64,000 nt of DNA from Nitrospiraceae bacterium (GCA_050246315.1 JBFWWG010000003.1:192001-256000); one strand, 5' to 3'. Counted from the stretch's first letter, positions 1 to 11,202 are shown. The notes: generated by a model from the letters alone, not told the origin. Program-made: numbers and translations.

Positions 1-77
1 CCTCGCGGCTCCGCACGCCCGTCTCGCGCGGCATCTCCGCGGTTTCGTCACGAAGTCTCGTGAATAATGCGGGCTAG
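1..77 (-). mobile_element. Partial copy of CTAG-flanked MITE-like repeat (cut by window edge)
   Basis: Reverse complement CTAGCCCGCATTATTCACGAGACTTCGTGACGAAACCGCGGAGATGCCGCGCGAGACGGGCGTGCGGAGCCGCGAGG aligns colinearly with the left end of the copy at 51801. Confidence 0.8.
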
Positions 78-253
78 TCGTCTGTTTGAGGAAAGCCCAA
101 CCCGTACCGAGAGTCCTATTCCTCCACACACGCCGTGGCCGCCTTCAGTCATATGTCCACGATGAGACGCATGCTTTGAAAACGGTCGCCGATCAATCGC
201 AGCGGGCAGCACCGCTCTTGCCTTATTCCCATCACTCTGGTATGGTTTTCCAT

Positions 254-484
254 ATGAAGACCACCCTTGTGATTAACGACACGATCATGAAGCGGGTGAA
301 GGCCGAAGCCGCCCGCCAAGGCCGGACCATATCGGAACTCGTGGAATCCGCCCTTCGTCAGCTTCTCGAATCTCCTCGCCCGAAACGCCCCGACCTTCCG
401 CCCCTTCCGAGTCACAACCTTGGCGGAGCGCTCGTCGACATCGCCGACCGCGATGCACTCTATCAGGCCATGGAAGGGCGGTGA
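254..484 (+). CDS. vapB: Ribbon-helix-helix antitoxin (VapB-like)
   Basis: MKTTLVINDTIMKRVKAEAARQGRTISELVESALR RHH-like N-terminus; stop overlaps start of the PIN-domain gene. Confidence 0.75.
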   Translation: MKTTLVINDTIMKRVKAEAARQGRTISELVESALRQLLESPRPKRPDLPPLPSHNLGGALVDIADRDALYQAMEGR

Positions 485-921
485 TGTTCGTCGTCGATGC
501 GAACATCTTCGTCTACGGCTTGAATACCGCCTGCGAGGAGCACGCGACCTGCCGAACCCTGCTCCACACCTGGCGGATGCAGACCACACCGTGGTACGCA
601 ACCTGGGGTATCCTTTACGAGGTCCTGCGCGTGGCCAGCCACCCTCGGGTGTTCAGAACCCCCCTGACCGTCGATGCCGTCTGGGAATTTGTGGGAGGCG
701 TGATGGCCGCCCCAAGTTTCAACCTCTTGGTGGAAGGCCCGCGACATGCCGAAGTAGCACAATCGACATTGGCAGATGTGAAGGGTATTCGCGGAAATCT
801 CTTGCACGACACCCATACGGCGATCTTGATGCGGGAACATGGTATACGCCGCATCTATACGCGCGATACGGACTTTCACCGGTTTCCGTTCTTGGAGGTC
901 ATCGATCCATTGACGAGCTAA
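484..921 (+). CDS. vapC: PIN-domain toxin (VapC)
   Basis: N-terminal VVDANIFVY, conserved E/D residues, C-terminal YTRDTDFHRF; paired with upstream antitoxin. Confidence 0.85.
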   Translation: MFVVDANIFVYGLNTACEEHATCRTLLHTWRMQTTPWYATWGILYEVLRVASHPRVFRTPLTVDAVWEFVGGVMAAPSFNLLVEGPRHAEVAQSTLADVKGIRGNLLHDTHTAILMREHGIRRIYTRDTDFHRFPFLEVIDPLTS

Positions 922-1012
922 ACCATCTCGATCGGTGCCGCCCGTGCCGGCATCCACGCGGTGACGATCACGGCCCCTGTTTTCATCACAACGACAAAGG
1001 AGAGCTCCACAC

Positions 1013-1435
1013 ATGAGCGAACGTACACTTGCGATCATCAAACCCGACGCCGTGAAGAAGAACGCGATCGGAGACATCATCGGTCATTATGAGAAGGTCG
1101 GGTTGCATCCGGTCGCGATCCGCATGATGCACTTCTCAAAAGCCATCGCACAGGGATTCTATGCCGTCCATAAGGCTCGGCCCTTCTTCGATAGCTTGAC
1201 CACCTTTATGTCCTCCGGCCCCGTTGTGGTCTTGGTGCTCTCCGGAGAAAATGCCATTAAAAAGCATCGTGACTTGATGGGAGCGACCGATCCAGCCAAG
1301 GCCGACAAGGGGACATTGCGGGCCCTCTACGGCACCAACATCGAGTATAATGCCGTCCATGGTTCCGACGGACCCGACACGGCGCAGTTCGAAATCGGCT
1401 ACTTCTTCCCCGGCATGGACCTCGTCAGCCGATAG
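1013..1435 (+). CDS. ndk: Nucleoside diphosphate kinase
   Basis: [12 protein letters not shown] and NAVHGSD active-site motifs; RBS AAGGAG. Confidence 0.97.
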   Translation: MSERTLAIIKPDAVKKNAIGDIIGHYEKVGLHPVAIRMMHFSKAIAQGFYAVHKARPFFDSLTTFMSSGPVVVLVLSGENAIKKHRDLMGATDPAKADKGTLRALYGTNIEYNAVHGSDGPDTAQFEIGYFFPGMDLVSR

Positions 1436-1493
1436 AATTTCATCTACGCGCTACATCGCACTCAGCATAGATCGGCAGGGAGAGCCTCACCGG

Positions 1494-3077
1494 ATGCGCG
1501 GAGATGCCATTCTCAAGCCGCACCATCATCGGAGGCCGCATCCGCCGAGAAGGCTTGTTCCCTTGGTTGCACCATGTCTCCTGTTGCTGACCCTCTTCAT
1601 GACCGGCTGTCCGGCTCAACGGTCGATGCCAACGACCGCCCCGGTCCCGGCTCCGGTTTCGCGAACGGTCCAGACCGAAGCGGAAGTGCGCGCGCTGGCC
1701 GAGGCTCGTGCGCACTTCGACGCGGGACGGTACGGGGTCGCAGTCCGGCTCCTCCGCCATTTCCTTGAGCTGCACACCCATTCACCGACCATCCCCGAAG
1801 CCCGCTGGCTGCTCGGCCGCTCCTACGAAGAACTCGGGGAGTGGCATGCGGCCTTGGCTCAATACCGGCTGGTGGCAGCGGAGGCCACGCGCCCGCCTGG
1901 TCTCTCTCCGGCCATGAACACCCAGGTGCGCGATCGGTTGAGCCTGCTCACCAGACGGCTTGGGCGGGCGGCGCCGGGCACGGCCGGATCGGTCGCGATT
2001 TGGTTGGACCCGTCTGCGATTCCGGAGCCGGGATTGCGCGCACAGTGGCTGAGCACCTTCATCGCCGAAGGTGTGACCACGCTGGTCTTCGATGTCGGGC
2101 CCCTGGGACCGGGCGACGCTCCCGGAACAAACCACGAGCGACCCGGCGCCCAAACCGCGCATGGTGTCTATTTCCGCACGACCTGGGCGTCCCTCAAGCG
2201 GGACCTGTTTGGAGAGATGCTGCCGTTGGCCCGCGATCTTGGCATCACGATCTTCGCCTCGATGGACATCACCAATATTCCCTGGCTCGATCCGACGCTG
2301 GGCTGGACCACCTACGTCTATGACGACCAAACGCGTCAGATCGTGCCGAGCATGGCCTTCGATCCGTTGCACCCGGCCATCCAGGAATATCTGACGGGAC
2401 TCTTGACCGACCTGGTCCGGCTGCAGATCGACGGGCTGTTCCTCCGCATCGGGGAGCGCACCGGCCCCCGTTATCACGTCAGCGGCAGAGGGCTCGACCA
2501 ATTCGGCGCACAACTGCCGGCCAATCTCGACCCGAAAGCCCTGTTGATCGTCGGCCGCAGCCTTCCGCTATCAACTCCTGGATCGTCTTCCGCATCACAG
2601 ACGAATCCCTCGGCTCCCTCGGACCAGGCGACGATTTTCTGGAGATGGGCCGGTTGGCAGGCACGTCAGCGTCTGGCCATGCTGCTGGCTCTCCGTTCGT
2701 CGCTCCGCCGCTATCAGAGCGGACTCCAAGTCGTCCTGGCACTTCACGATACGGCGGTGACCAAACCGCTCGATGCGTTGATTGAGCACGGTGAAGATCT
2801 GTTGGAGACAACGACCCACGGCCTGCCGGTGGCGATTCCCTTTCCCCCGTCACGGACCATCTTGACTTCTGCCGATCCCGACGAAGGCTGGCGTTTTGAA
2901 TACCTCAGCCGCTTGGTCAATATGATCGGCTCGCCGGAGCGGATTTGGATTCTCGTCCCGGTCGCGGCGCCGGACCGCGCGAGTGTCGTCCGCGAACTGC
3001 ACACCTCCGTTGTAGAATTCGCTCGCACGAGAGGCTTGAATATCCTGTTCGTCCCGCAACCCGCACGGGGCCGGTGA
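1494..3077 (+). CDS. Putative lipoprotein with TPR-like region and glycoside-hydrolase-like (PgaB/GHL-type) TIM-barrel region
   Basis: Hydrophobic stretch ending FMTGC (lipobox-like), TPR-like EARWLLGRSYE, later GVYFRT and IDGLFL motifs; start uncertain. Confidence 0.55.
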   Translation: MRGDAILKPHHHRRPHPPRRLVPLVAPCLLLLTLFMTGCPAQRSMPTTAPVPAPVSRTVQTEAEVRALAEARAHFDAGRYGVAVRLLRHFLELHTHSPTIPEARWLLGRSYEELGEWHAALAQYRLVAAEATRPPGLSPAMNTQVRDRLSLLTRRLGRAAPGTAGSVAIWLDPSAIPEPGLRAQWLSTFIAEGVTTLVFDVGPLGPGDAPGTNHERPGAQTAHGVYFRTTWASLKRDLFGEMLPLARDLGITIFASMDITNIPWLDPTLGWTTYVYDDQTRQIVPSMAFDPLHPAIQEYLTGLLTDLVRLQIDGLFLRIGERTGPRYHVSGRGLDQFGAQLPANLDPKALLIVGRSLPLSTPGSSSASQTNPSAPSDQATIFWRWAGWQARQRLAMLLALRSSLRRYQSGLQVVLALHDTAVTKPLDALIEHGEDLLETTTHGLPVAIPFPPSRTILTSADPDEGWRFEYLSRLVNMIGSPERIWILVPVAAPDRASVVRELHTSVVEFARTRGLNILFVPQPARGR

Positions 3078-3081
3078 TTTC

Positions 3082-3110
3082 TTGACAAATGGGGAGGGCT
3101 GCACTACGAT
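3082..3110 (+). promoter_or_regulatory. Sigma70-type promoter upstream of gcvH
   Basis: TTGACA-17 nt-TACGAT. Confidence 0.6.
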
Positions 3111-3174
3111 CCCGCGTTCTCCCCGCATGTGATGCGCGTTGACCCACACCATAGCGAACCGGAAGGACGGACGT

Positions 3175-3558
3175 ATGACCCCAGCAGATCTCCGCTACCA
3201 TGAAGAACATGAATGGATCCGTGTCGCCGGCAAACAAGCCACCCTGGGGATCAGTCATTTTGCGCAGGATGCGCTGGGCGACATCGTATTCATCGACCTG
3301 CCAAAGGTCGGCCTACAGATGAAGGCCGGGCAGCAGATTGGAGAGGTCGAGTCCACCAAAACGACCTCCACCATCTACACGCCCGTCAGCGGCACGGTCA
3401 CGAGTGTGAATCTCGACCTGAAAGACCATCCCGAAGTCGTGAACAGCGACCCGTATGGCAAAGGCTGGATGGTCGTGATCGACTTGAGCCAACCGGCTGA
3501 AGTCGAGACCTTAATGACGGCCGCCCAGTACGACACCTTCCTCGCATCCAAAAAATAA
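3175..3558 (+). CDS. gcvH: Glycine cleavage system H protein
   Basis: LRYHEEHEW, GISHFAQDALGDIVF, lipoyl motif VESTKT, DPYGKGW. Confidence 0.95.
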   Translation: MTPADLRYHEEHEWIRVAGKQATLGISHFAQDALGDIVFIDLPKVGLQMKAGQQIGEVESTKTTSTIYTPVSGTVTSVNLDLKDHPEVVNSDPYGKGWMVVIDLSQPAEVETLMTAAQYDTFLASKK

Positions 3559-3570
3559 CCCGTACACGAC

Positions 3571-4998
3571 ATGTCCGTTCCGATACACATGGTCATCGTG
3601 GGCGCAGGCCCCGGTGGCTACGTGGCGGCGATCCGTGCCGCCCAGCTCGGCCTCAAGGTCACGGTTGTGGACCGCGAGGCGCTGGGGGGTGTCTGCCTCA
3701 ATTGGGGCTGCATCCCCAGCAAGGCCCTGCTGTCCATCGTAGACTTGGGAGACAAGGTCAAGAAGGCCTCCGACCTGGGGCTTACGTGTAGCGGTCCCCC
3801 CACCTACGACCTGGCCCGCATGGTGGCTCGGAAGAATACGGTCGTGGCCGGGCTCGTCAAGGGCATCGCCACTCTCTTCAAACATTGGCACATCGACTAT
3901 GTGGAAGGGAGCGCACGGTTGCTCGATACACGGACGGTACACGTGACTTTGAACCGTGGAGGGGAGCAGCAGATCGCGGCGGATGCCATCATCCTCGCCA
4001 CCGGCTCGTCTTGGCCCGACCTTCCATTGTTCCCGATCGATGGAAAACGGATCCTCTCCAGTCGGAACGCCCTGGATCTCGTTGAGTCGCCTTCAAGCCT
4101 CCTGATTGTCGGCGCTGGAGTGGAAGGCTGCGAGTTTGCATCTCTGTTCAGTGGACTCGGCACGCAGGTCCTGATGGTGGAGTTGCTCCCTCGTGTCCTT
4201 CCGTTGGAAGACGAAGAAATCTCCACCGCCATGGATCGTGAGCTTCGCAAGCGGGGCGTCACGATTCACACCGGCACCCAGATCACCCAACTCCAGAGCC
4301 ATGACTCCTCCGTGACCGCCGTACTCGCCGACGGCACACACCTCACAGCCGAGAAACTACTGGTCTCGGTGGGACGGGGGTTCAATTCCCAGAACCTCGG
4401 ACTCGAGCGGGTGGGCGTGGCGCTCGGGCGACGCGGAGAGATCCTCATCAATGAGCGGCTTGAAACCAACGTGCCCGGCATCTATGCCATTGGAGACGTG
4501 ACCGGCAAGGCCATGTTGGCCCACGTGGCCTCCGCACAGGGCAAGGCGGCGGTTGAGAATGCCTTGGGACGGAATCATCGGATCAACTACGACGTCATCC
4601 CTGCCGGCATTTTTACGTTGCCGGAGATCGGGCGGGTCGGGCTGACGGAAGGGCAGGCCCGTGAGCGGGCCCGGAGCCGCGGACAGAATCCCGATGCGGC
4701 CGTCAAGGTCGGACGCTTCCGCTACGCAGGATTAGGGAAAGCCCAGGCAGTTGGGGATACGGTCGGGTTCTATAAGATCATCAGCGACGCAGAGAGCGGC
4801 GTCATTCTCGGCGCCCACATCATGGGGTCTCACGCCGCCGACCTCATCCATGAAGCCGCCTTGGCGATAGAGATCGGAGCCTCCATCGATCAACTGGCCC
4901 GTATGATCCACGCCCATCCAACCTTGGCGGAAGGCCTCATGGAAGCGGCCGAGGACGTCGATGGGCTGGCGATTCACCTGGTCCGCAAGAAGGTCTAA
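3571..4998 (+). CDS. lpdA: Dihydrolipoamide dehydrogenase
   Basis: GAGPGGYVAA, redox motif GGVCLNWGCIPSK, C-terminal HAHPTLAE. Confidence 0.95.
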   Translation: MSVPIHMVIVGAGPGGYVAAIRAAQLGLKVTVVDREALGGVCLNWGCIPSKALLSIVDLGDKVKKASDLGLTCSGPPTYDLARMVARKNTVVAGLVKGIATLFKHWHIDYVEGSARLLDTRTVHVTLNRGGEQQIAADAIILATGSSWPDLPLFPIDGKRILSSRNALDLVESPSSLLIVGAGVEGCEFASLFSGLGTQVLMVELLPRVLPLEDEEISTAMDRELRKRGVTIHTGTQITQLQSHDSSVTAVLADGTHLTAEKLLVSVGRGFNSQNLGLERVGVALGRRGEILINERLETNVPGIYAIGDVTGKAMLAHVASAQGKAAVENALGRNHRINYDVIPAGIFTLPEIGRVGLTEGQARERARSRGQNPDAAVKVGRFRYAGLGKAQAVGDTVGFYKIISDAESGVILGAHIMGSHAADLIHEAALAIEIGASIDQLARMIHAHPTLAEGLMEAAEDVDGLAIHLVRKKV

Positions 4999-5004
4999 CC
5001 TGTG

Positions 5005-5613
5005 ATGGAGATCGATCAGCCAACCTCCTCGGTCGGTCGCTCCATCACGATCGGCCGTTCACTGCTGATCAAGCTGGTCCTGTTTGCCGGGGCAACGGGA
5101 CTCATCAGTTGGCTCTTGGTCCACATGCCGGCTCCGCTTCCCTCGTTGGAATCCGGCACTCGCTCTCCTGAGCCGATCGTCGTGACGATCCCCGAGGAAC
5201 CCACTCTCTCCGCCACCAACGTCACCGCTCTATCGGATACCGCACCACCAGCACCCGCACCACACATCACCCAGGGAGGCTCGCAGTCCCGAACTCGACA
5301 GGCCGCTGGCGTCAGGCCATCCGCACCGGCCGTGACCGCACGGATCGCGCAGCGACTCGACCTCAATCGAGCGACACAGGCGGAGCTTGAACGGCTCCCC
5401 GGGATTGGGCCGGGATTGGCCAAACGCATCCTGGACTACAAACGGTCGCATGGACGGTACAACAGCGTGGAGGAATTGCGCGACGTGAAAGGAATCGGCG
5501 ACAAGCGATGGAGAAGGCTGGAACCGCTGCTAATGGTGACTGCCACCGCTCCCGCTCCAACGGCCTTGTCTCCGCTCGCCACCACGGCCCCGAAGGGCAA
5601 TGGCGCCATATGA
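5005..5613 (+). CDS. comEA: ComEA-family helix-hairpin-helix DNA-binding protein
   Basis: N-terminal [27 protein letters not shown]...VKGIGDK HhH repeats. Confidence 0.85.
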   Translation: MEIDQPTSSVGRSITIGRSLLIKLVLFAGATGLISWLLVHMPAPLPSLESGTRSPEPIVVTIPEEPTLSATNVTALSDTAPPAPAPHITQGGSQSRTRQAAGVRPSAPAVTARIAQRLDLNRATQAELERLPGIGPGLAKRILDYKRSHGRYNSVEELRDVKGIGDKRWRRLEPLLMVTATAPAPTALSPLATTAPKGNGAI

Positions 5614-6836
5614 ACGAACTCTCACGCCAACTGGACTTGATGCTCCGAGGCTCCGTGGAGGTGATCCAACGAGCGGACCTCGAAGCCAAGGTGGCTCGCT
5701 CGCTGAAGGAGGGTCGGCCCTTGCGAGTAAAAGCCGGCTTCGATCCGACGGCGCCGGACCTCCATCTCGGCCATACGGTGTTGATCCACAAACTGAAACA
5801 CTTTCAGGATCTCGGCCATCAGGTCCTGTTCTTGATCGGCGACTTCACCGGATTGATCGGCGACCCGACCGGCGTCTCCGAGACGCGCAAGGCCCTGACC
5901 AAGGAGCAGGTCCTGGAAAACGCTGGAACCTATCAGCGTCAGATCTTCAAGATTCTCGATCCCGCCAAGACCTCTATCGTCTTTAACAGCGACTGGATGG
6001 GACGGATGACGGCGGAAGGGCTCATTCAACTCGCTGCCCATTATCGCGTGGCTCGAATGCTGGAGCGGGACGACTTTCACAAACGCTACCATGAACAGAA
6101 GCCGATCAGTGTCCATGAATTTCTCTACCCGCTCGTGCAGGGCTATGATTCGGTGGCGCTGAAGGCCGATGTGGAACTCGGTGGGACGGACCAAAAGTTC
6201 AACCTGCTGGTCGGGCGGGAGTTGCAGCGCGACTACGGACAGGAACCGCAGATCGTCCTGACCATGCCGCTCCTGGAAGGCACCGACGGCGTCAGAAAAA
6301 TGAGCAAGAGCCTCGGTAACTACATCGCGTTGGAGGATGCGCCGGCCGACATGTTCGGCAAGCTCATGTCGATCAGCGACCCTCTGATGTGGCGCTATTA
6401 CGAACTCCTCACGAACGAAGATCTCGCGCAGGTGCGTGTCCGCCATCCGATGGAGGCGAAACTCTGGATCGGCGAGCATATCGTGGCCCGCTATCATGGC
6501 GCTGAGGCGGGGAGGCAGGCTCGTGAATCGTTTCAGCAGAAATTCCGAGAGCGGGAATTCCCCGACGAACCCGACGTGCGTTTGATCCTGACCTCCGCGG
6601 ACGTGAAAGATCCTAGTGCACCCGCGATCGCCTTCACGGAGCTGATCGCGAAGACGGGATTGGTGTCGTCCAAGAGCGAGGCGCGGCGGCTCTTGGCCCA
6701 GAGCGGTATCGAATTGGATGAGCGGAAACTGACGGACATCAACGGCGTGCTCACGCTCCAATCGGGCCGACCCTATCGACTCCGCGTCGGCAAGCGGAAA
6801 TTTGCCCTGATCGAGTTCAACCCCACACCGACGTGA
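5610..6836 (+). CDS. tyrS: Tyrosyl-tRNA synthetase
   Basis: [13 protein letters not shown] (HIGH), KMSKS, C-terminal S4 domain. Confidence 0.97.
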   Translation: MNELSRQLDLMLRGSVEVIQRADLEAKVARSLKEGRPLRVKAGFDPTAPDLHLGHTVLIHKLKHFQDLGHQVLFLIGDFTGLIGDPTGVSETRKALTKEQVLENAGTYQRQIFKILDPAKTSIVFNSDWMGRMTAEGLIQLAAHYRVARMLERDDFHKRYHEQKPISVHEFLYPLVQGYDSVALKADVELGGTDQKFNLLVGRELQRDYGQEPQIVLTMPLLEGTDGVRKMSKSLGNYIALEDAPADMFGKLMSISDPLMWRYYELLTNEDLAQVRVRHPMEAKLWIGEHIVARYHGAEAGRQARESFQQKFREREFPDEPDVRLILTSADVKDPSAPAIAFTELIAKTGLVSSKSEARRLLAQSGIELDERKLTDINGVLTLQSGRPYRLRVGKRKFALIEFNPTPT

Positions 6837-7198
6837 ATCGTCTTCTACGACTCCTCATCCTCATGCTGGCCCTCGTCGCCTGCTCCATGCCGGACTGGGA
6901 CATCCCCTCCGGGTTGGAATCGGAGTCGGCGGTCCGACAACGCGTGCTGGCCCTTATTCCTGTCGGTACGCCGCTCATCGATGCTAAGCAACGAATGGAA
7001 TCTAATGGGTTTACTTGTGTCTTCCAGTGGCATGGCCTATGGGACGGGAGGCAGGATGCGTCCTATCTCTATTGTCATCGCGAGGAGGGTGGCCTAATAC
7101 ACGCGCGACAGTGGCAAGTGGCCTTCCCCATCCATACCGGAACCGTGATGGAAGCGTTGGTCGTCTCCGGCATGATCGCTCCCCCGCCTTCGCCTTGA
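6833..7198 (+). CDS. Hypothetical lipoprotein
   Basis: Signal peptide ending LVAC; GTGA overlap with tyrS stop. Confidence 0.6.
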   Translation: MNRLLRLLILMLALVACSMPDWDIPSGLESESAVRQRVLALIPVGTPLIDAKQRMESNGFTCVFQWHGLWDGRQDASYLYCHREEGGLIHARQWQVAFPIHTGTVMEALVVSGMIAPPPSP

Positions 7199-7246
7199 CT
7201 TGACCGGCAGGTGCAGCGTAGGATCGCCACACCACTTCTCAGACGA

Positions 7247-7321
7247 GCGGGCGTAGCTCAGTGGTAGAGTCCTAGCTTCCCAAGCTAGTTGTCGTGGGTT
7301 CAAATCCCATCGCCCGCTCCA
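7247..7321 (+). tRNA. tRNA-Gly (anticodon CCC)
   Basis: GCGGGCG acceptor stem pairs with CGCCCGC; anticodon arm CTAGC-TTCCCAA-GCTAG; T-loop GTTCAAATC; encoded CCA. Confidence 0.97.
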
Positions 7322-7393
7322 TACCACACTTCGTGTGACCCGGCGGCTTTTCAGGCACAGCCTCTCATCATTGTCGCCGCCGAAGAAACACCT
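7319..7393 (+). repeat. 75-bp direct repeat copy A, starting at the tRNA-Gly CCA end
   Basis: Ungapped match to 17494-17568 with 15 mismatches in 75 nt (manual alignment). Confidence 0.7.
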
Positions 7394-7715
7394 ACAGCGA
7401 TTATTAAATCGTTGCATCCTAGTGTGTCCCTCCGACTCTCCAGGCGTAGCTTTCCTGGTTGATGCCGGCGGGGAATACCTCCAGGGATTCCGGTCTCCTC
7501 GTTTAAACCACCAACCTTCGGTTGAACCGGGCGCTCTTCATCACACTTTCGTGATATGTCGCGCCCGGAGAGACACCTTCAATACCTCCCCATGCTTATA
7601 GCTACGCCTGATCCGATGGATATCTTGCATCGTATCGTAACTGCCGCAACCGGAGAAATCCCTCAAGAGTTTCATCCATTCTCCGCAGTATGACCCGCCG
7701 GCTCTACTTCGTCTC

Positions 7716-7757
7716 CTGGTCCGTATTATTTACGAACCGTCATGAAATGCGGGCTAA
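7716..7757. mobile_element. Minimal, internally deleted MITE remnant (two terminal repeats only)
   Basis: CTGGTCCGTATTATTTACGA-ACCG-TCATGAAATGCGGGCTAA resembles the two terminal inverted repeats of the MITE family. Confidence 0.55.
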
Positions 7758-7919
7758 GACAGTTATTCCGCTCCGCCCAACTTGTCATACGATCCTATTC
7801 CAAAAAACCAAGCTGTTACATCGACCTGTTCTTCAATCCATACAATCGCGATAGTGAGTCATTCGGTGCCAGGCTCATCAACCGGCGACAAATCCATCGG
7901 TTATGGAATCAATCCCTGT

Positions 7920-7934
7920 TGGCAAAGGATTTGC
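7920..7934 (+). promoter_or_regulatory. Sigma54 (-24/-12) promoter
   Basis: TGGCAAA-GGAT-TTGC, canonical GG-N10-GC spacing, ~100 nt upstream of the gene at 8031. Confidence 0.6.
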
Positions 7935-8030
7935 TCATTACCGGTACGAACGATCGTTCCCGCAAAAGACGTCATGCAGTGAAACGGAATGGGCGACCGA
8001 GTGGATCATCATCTTCGAGGAGGTGACGCC

Positions 8031-8339
8031 ATGAGCAAAGTCATAGTTGCAATCGTCGCGACCGTTGCTTTCACCTTCACCGGTCTGACTGTCGCGCCCG
8101 CAGATGCGACCACGACGTTTGTGCGAAGCACCGTCGAACACATCGATCTCGTGAAACAGACCATCACATTTCAAGCCCGTGATGGGCAAAGCTGGACACT
8201 CCGAGTCGAGAACCCAGAACTCCTCAAGAAGGACTCGTTGGCCAAAGGAGATCAGGTCACCATCGAAGTGAATTCCCGCGACGAGGTGAAGACCATTCTC
8301 AAGCTGTCGCAACCGAATGAGCCGGCCCGAGTGGAGTGA
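8031..8339 (+). CDS. Small exported protein (OB-fold-like)
   Basis: RBS GAGGAGG; signal peptide ending APADA; beta-rich mature part. Confidence 0.7.
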   Translation: MSKVIVAIVATVAFTFTGLTVAPADATTTFVRSTVEHIDLVKQTITFQARDGQSWTLRVENPELLKKDSLAKGDQVTIEVNSRDEVKTILKLSQPNEPARVE

Positions 8340-8446
8340 CGAGAGAGAGACATCGAGACAGGATAGCCGCGCACAGAAAGAGGCTTCGTCCGACTGTGAA
8401 GACACTCTTACCACCTCATTCATCGCCGACACCTTACGGAGGCACT

Positions 8447-8983
8447 ATGAACTGCCGATTCCCGCAACGAGCGAACACAAACTGTTCTCCGCTCCTACCC
8501 CTGCTGATCGCCGCCCTCTGCGCCGCTTGGCCATGGGTACTCTGGTTTGAGCGACCGGCCCTCGCGGCGGATCAGGCGACAATTGAGGAAGGCGCGACGG
8601 TTACCTTCTCATACCGTTTTACGGTGCCTGGAACCGTTCCGACGATCTACAGCGACGTAGGCACGTTTGTTCAGGGTCAGCACCAGATTCTCCCCGTTGT
8701 GGAGCGAGAGTTGGCGGGCTTGCACCCGGGAGATGAAAAATCAGTCGAGGTGACACCTGAGGAAGGCTTTGGGCAATACGATGAACAAAAGAAGGAGAAC
8801 GTGCCCCGAACATCCTTACCCGATGGGGTGAAGGAAGGTGATGTGGTGAAAGACCAAACCGGTCGTGTCGCCACTATCGCGACGATCTCGGACAAGGATG
8901 CCGTGATGGATTACAATCATCCGTTAGCCGGCAAGCGGTTCGTAATGCAGATCAAGGTCCTGAAGGTCGAGAAACGGTCGTAG
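8447..8983 (+). CDS. FKBP-type peptidyl-prolyl isomerase (SlyD-like) with N-terminal signal segment
   Basis: GDEKSVEVTPEEGFG and DYNHPLAGK motifs. Confidence 0.85.
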   Translation: MNCRFPQRANTNCSPLLPLLIAALCAAWPWVLWFERPALAADQATIEEGATVTFSYRFTVPGTVPTIYSDVGTFVQGQHQILPVVERELAGLHPGDEKSVEVTPEEGFGQYDEQKKENVPRTSLPDGVKEGDVVKDQTGRVATIATISDKDAVMDYNHPLAGKRFVMQIKVLKVEKRS

Positions 8984-9192
8984 CGTCTTCATCCGCGTCA
9001 CCCGGCGCACTCCGCATGAGATGCGTGCGTTCGCATGCAGGGTGTGTCGTGTGCTCTGTAGGCCGTGCCATCCTCCCGGCATTCGTCACCACAAATGATC
9101 TTCCCGGCGTGCAGCGGCGTTTCGCCGTCGATGAATGCCTCTGCTCAAGCAGAGCGAAGCGAACCGGGGTCGCGAGAGAGAGGAGGCGGACC

Positions 9193-9528
9193 ATGCACGA
9201 ACTCTTGACGTATCTCAAAGCGCGCATCGAATGGTGCCAGCGGCAGGGCAAGACCGCCGCCGACGTGCACGAGCAGCGCGGTTGGTGGGCGGAAGAGGCC
9301 GGACTCGTCGATGCCCTCCGCGGAAGGCCAAGCCCATCCTCTTCCCCTGATTCCTTCGGTGAACATCTGGCACGCTATCACCTCGGGCTACAAGAAGGCT
9401 CTGCCATCATGCGCCTGATCGAGCCGCATACGAAGCAGGAAACCGGCGACGGAGGTCATCAGGAAAAGCGCAGGAATGAAAAGAGTGAACACCAGAACGG
9501 AGGATCGAGGCCCGGTCAGCTCCCGTAG
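9193..9528 (+). CDS. Hypothetical protein
   Basis: Strong RBS AGGAGG before ATG; helical protein-like composition. Confidence 0.55.
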   Translation: MHELLTYLKARIEWCQRQGKTAADVHEQRGWWAEEAGLVDALRGRPSPSSSPDSFGEHLARYHLGLQEGSAIMRLIEPHTKQETGDGGHQEKRRNEKSEHQNGGSRPGQLP

Positions 9529-9788
9529 CCCTCCGGCTTGAGAGCCTCCTCTCCAGACGGAACCGAGGAGACTCCACAGGACTCATCTGGATAAACTATG
9601 CCGGGTGACGGACAAGTTGCTCCCGCCTAAGTGTACGATTCCACGTGATTTTGTTCCTCTCGCGCCTCCCATCCAAGCCAAGTCATTCACGCTCGGTCAA
9701 AACGCTACGATGGAATCTCTCCGGCTGTCCATGGACAATTCCTTGTCGATACAACAGCTTACAAGAATCGATCGGAAGCGGAACGATT

Positions 9789-9803
9789 TGGCCCGTCGCT
9801 TGC
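9789..9803 (+). promoter_or_regulatory. Sigma54 (-24/-12) promoter upstream of tandem MFS genes
   Basis: TGGCCCG-TCGC-TTGC, ~44 nt before ATG 9847. Confidence 0.65.
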
Positions 9804-9846
9804 TCTCTTTCCTTCCGCGAATGGCACTCACGTTGAGGAAAGAACG

Positions 9847-11202
9847 ATGACCATGACGACCGAGCAGATTGGCTGGAGAACCGATCGTCACCAGCAGCGC
9901 CAAGGAGAAGAAAGCCCTGGGCGAATGGATTCTCCACAGGAACGAAGTCGTGGTTGGCAACTCGTGACGACCAGGAACTTCGGCCTGCTCTGGTGGGGAC
10001 AAGTGACATCTCAAATCGGGGAGGGGTTGAACAAGGTCGCATTGCTCTGGTTCGTGTACGAACTGACCGGGTCGGTGCTGAAGATGACCATGGTCGGGTT
10101 GCTGCAAACGGTTCCTCCGTTGGTGCTCGGGCCGCTCATCGGCGTGTATCTCGATCGGCTGTCCAAGAAGCGCGTCATGATGTGGGTCGACGCGATTCGT
10201 TCGGTCTTAACATTGTTGATCCCGGCCCTGTATACCGCGGATTTGTTGACTCTCCCCGGCCTCTACGTGTTGATCTTCGCCACATCCGTGGTATCCACCG
10301 TCTTTGGACCGGCCCTGGTTTCCTCCGTCCCGTTTCTGGTCCGCAAAGCGGAGCTCGTATCGGCCAACGCGCTGATCCAGGGCACCAACAACATCGGCAT
10401 GCTGATCGGGCCGGCCGTGAGCGGCCTGATGATCGCGTTGATCGGCGCGGACAATGTCCTCTACGTCAATTCCTTGACCTTCTTGATTTCCACAACCTGC
10501 CTGGTCCCGATCCGGATGGACGAGCCGACCCGAAAGCCTGTAACCGACTCCGCTCCCTCTGTCACACTGCTCCAAGAGCTGATGATCGGGTTCCGTTTCG
10601 TGTTCGGCCACCAGTCGACGATTTTCCCCCTCGCGGTGATCTCCGCCCTGTATAATTTGGGAACGAGCGCCTTCGTGTTTGTGCTGCCGGTTTACGCCAA
10701 GGAACTGCTCCAAGTCGGACCGGTCCAGCTCGGGTGGATCTGGTCGGCATTGGGTAGCGGGATGCTTGTGGCCTCCACATGGCTGGCCTGGAAACGGCAT
10801 GGCGATCCGCAACATCGAATGCGCATCGTGGTGCGGGGAATGACCCTCGGAGGCTTGGCGCTGTGTACACTTGGTCACTTGGAAACACCGCTGATCGCCG
10901 GAGCACTCGTGCTGATCGTCGGCGGCAGCATGGCGGTTCTCAATCCGGTGGTGTGGGCTCTGTTGCAGGAACAAACTCCTTCACACCTCATGGGGCGAGT
11001 GTTGACGACGTTCAGTACCGGCTCGATGGCCGCAGCGATGGCAGGGATGACCGGCTTCGGGTTCGTGGCCGACAGGGTCGGACCGGCTGCCAGCTTGATC
11101 GGCCTCGGGCTCGTCCTGTTGCTCACTGCCGTCGTCGCATTGCAGATCGCCCGCCACCCAGCAGTACGTCACGCGGCGGCCATGAGTTCGGCCGTCTCAT
11201 GA
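9847..11202 (+). CDS. MFS transporter (DHA3-like)
   Basis: About 12 hydrophobic helices; RNFGLLWWGQVTSQIG and GVYLDRLSKK motifs. Confidence 0.9.
   Translation: MTMTTEQIGWRTDRHQQRQGEESPGRMDSPQERSRGWQLVTTRNFGLLWWGQVTSQIGEGLNKVALLWFVYELTGSVLKMTMVGLLQTVPPLVLGPLIGVYLDRLSKKRVMMWVDAIRSVLTLLIPALYTADLLTLPGLYVLIFATSVVSTVFGPALVSSVPFLVRKAELVSANALIQGTNNIGMLIGPAVSGLMIALIGADNVLYVNSLTFLISTTCLVPIRMDEPTRKPVTDSAPSVTLLQELMIGFRFVFGHQSTIFPLAVISALYNLGTSAFVFVLPVYAKELLQVGPVQLGWIWSALGSGMLVASTWLAWKRHGDPQHRMRIVVRGMTLGGLALCTLGHLETPLIAGALVLIVGGSMAVLNPVVWALLQEQTPSHLMGRVLTTFSTGSMAAAMAGMTGFGFVADRVGPAASLIGLGLVLLLTAVVALQIARHPAVRHAAAMSSAVS

Noticed and set aside
5622..6761. Long antisense ORFs (also 12662-13612, 29469-30656, 53015-54025, 59833-61065)
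   Set aside because: Shadow frames opposite well-supported genes in GC-rich DNA.
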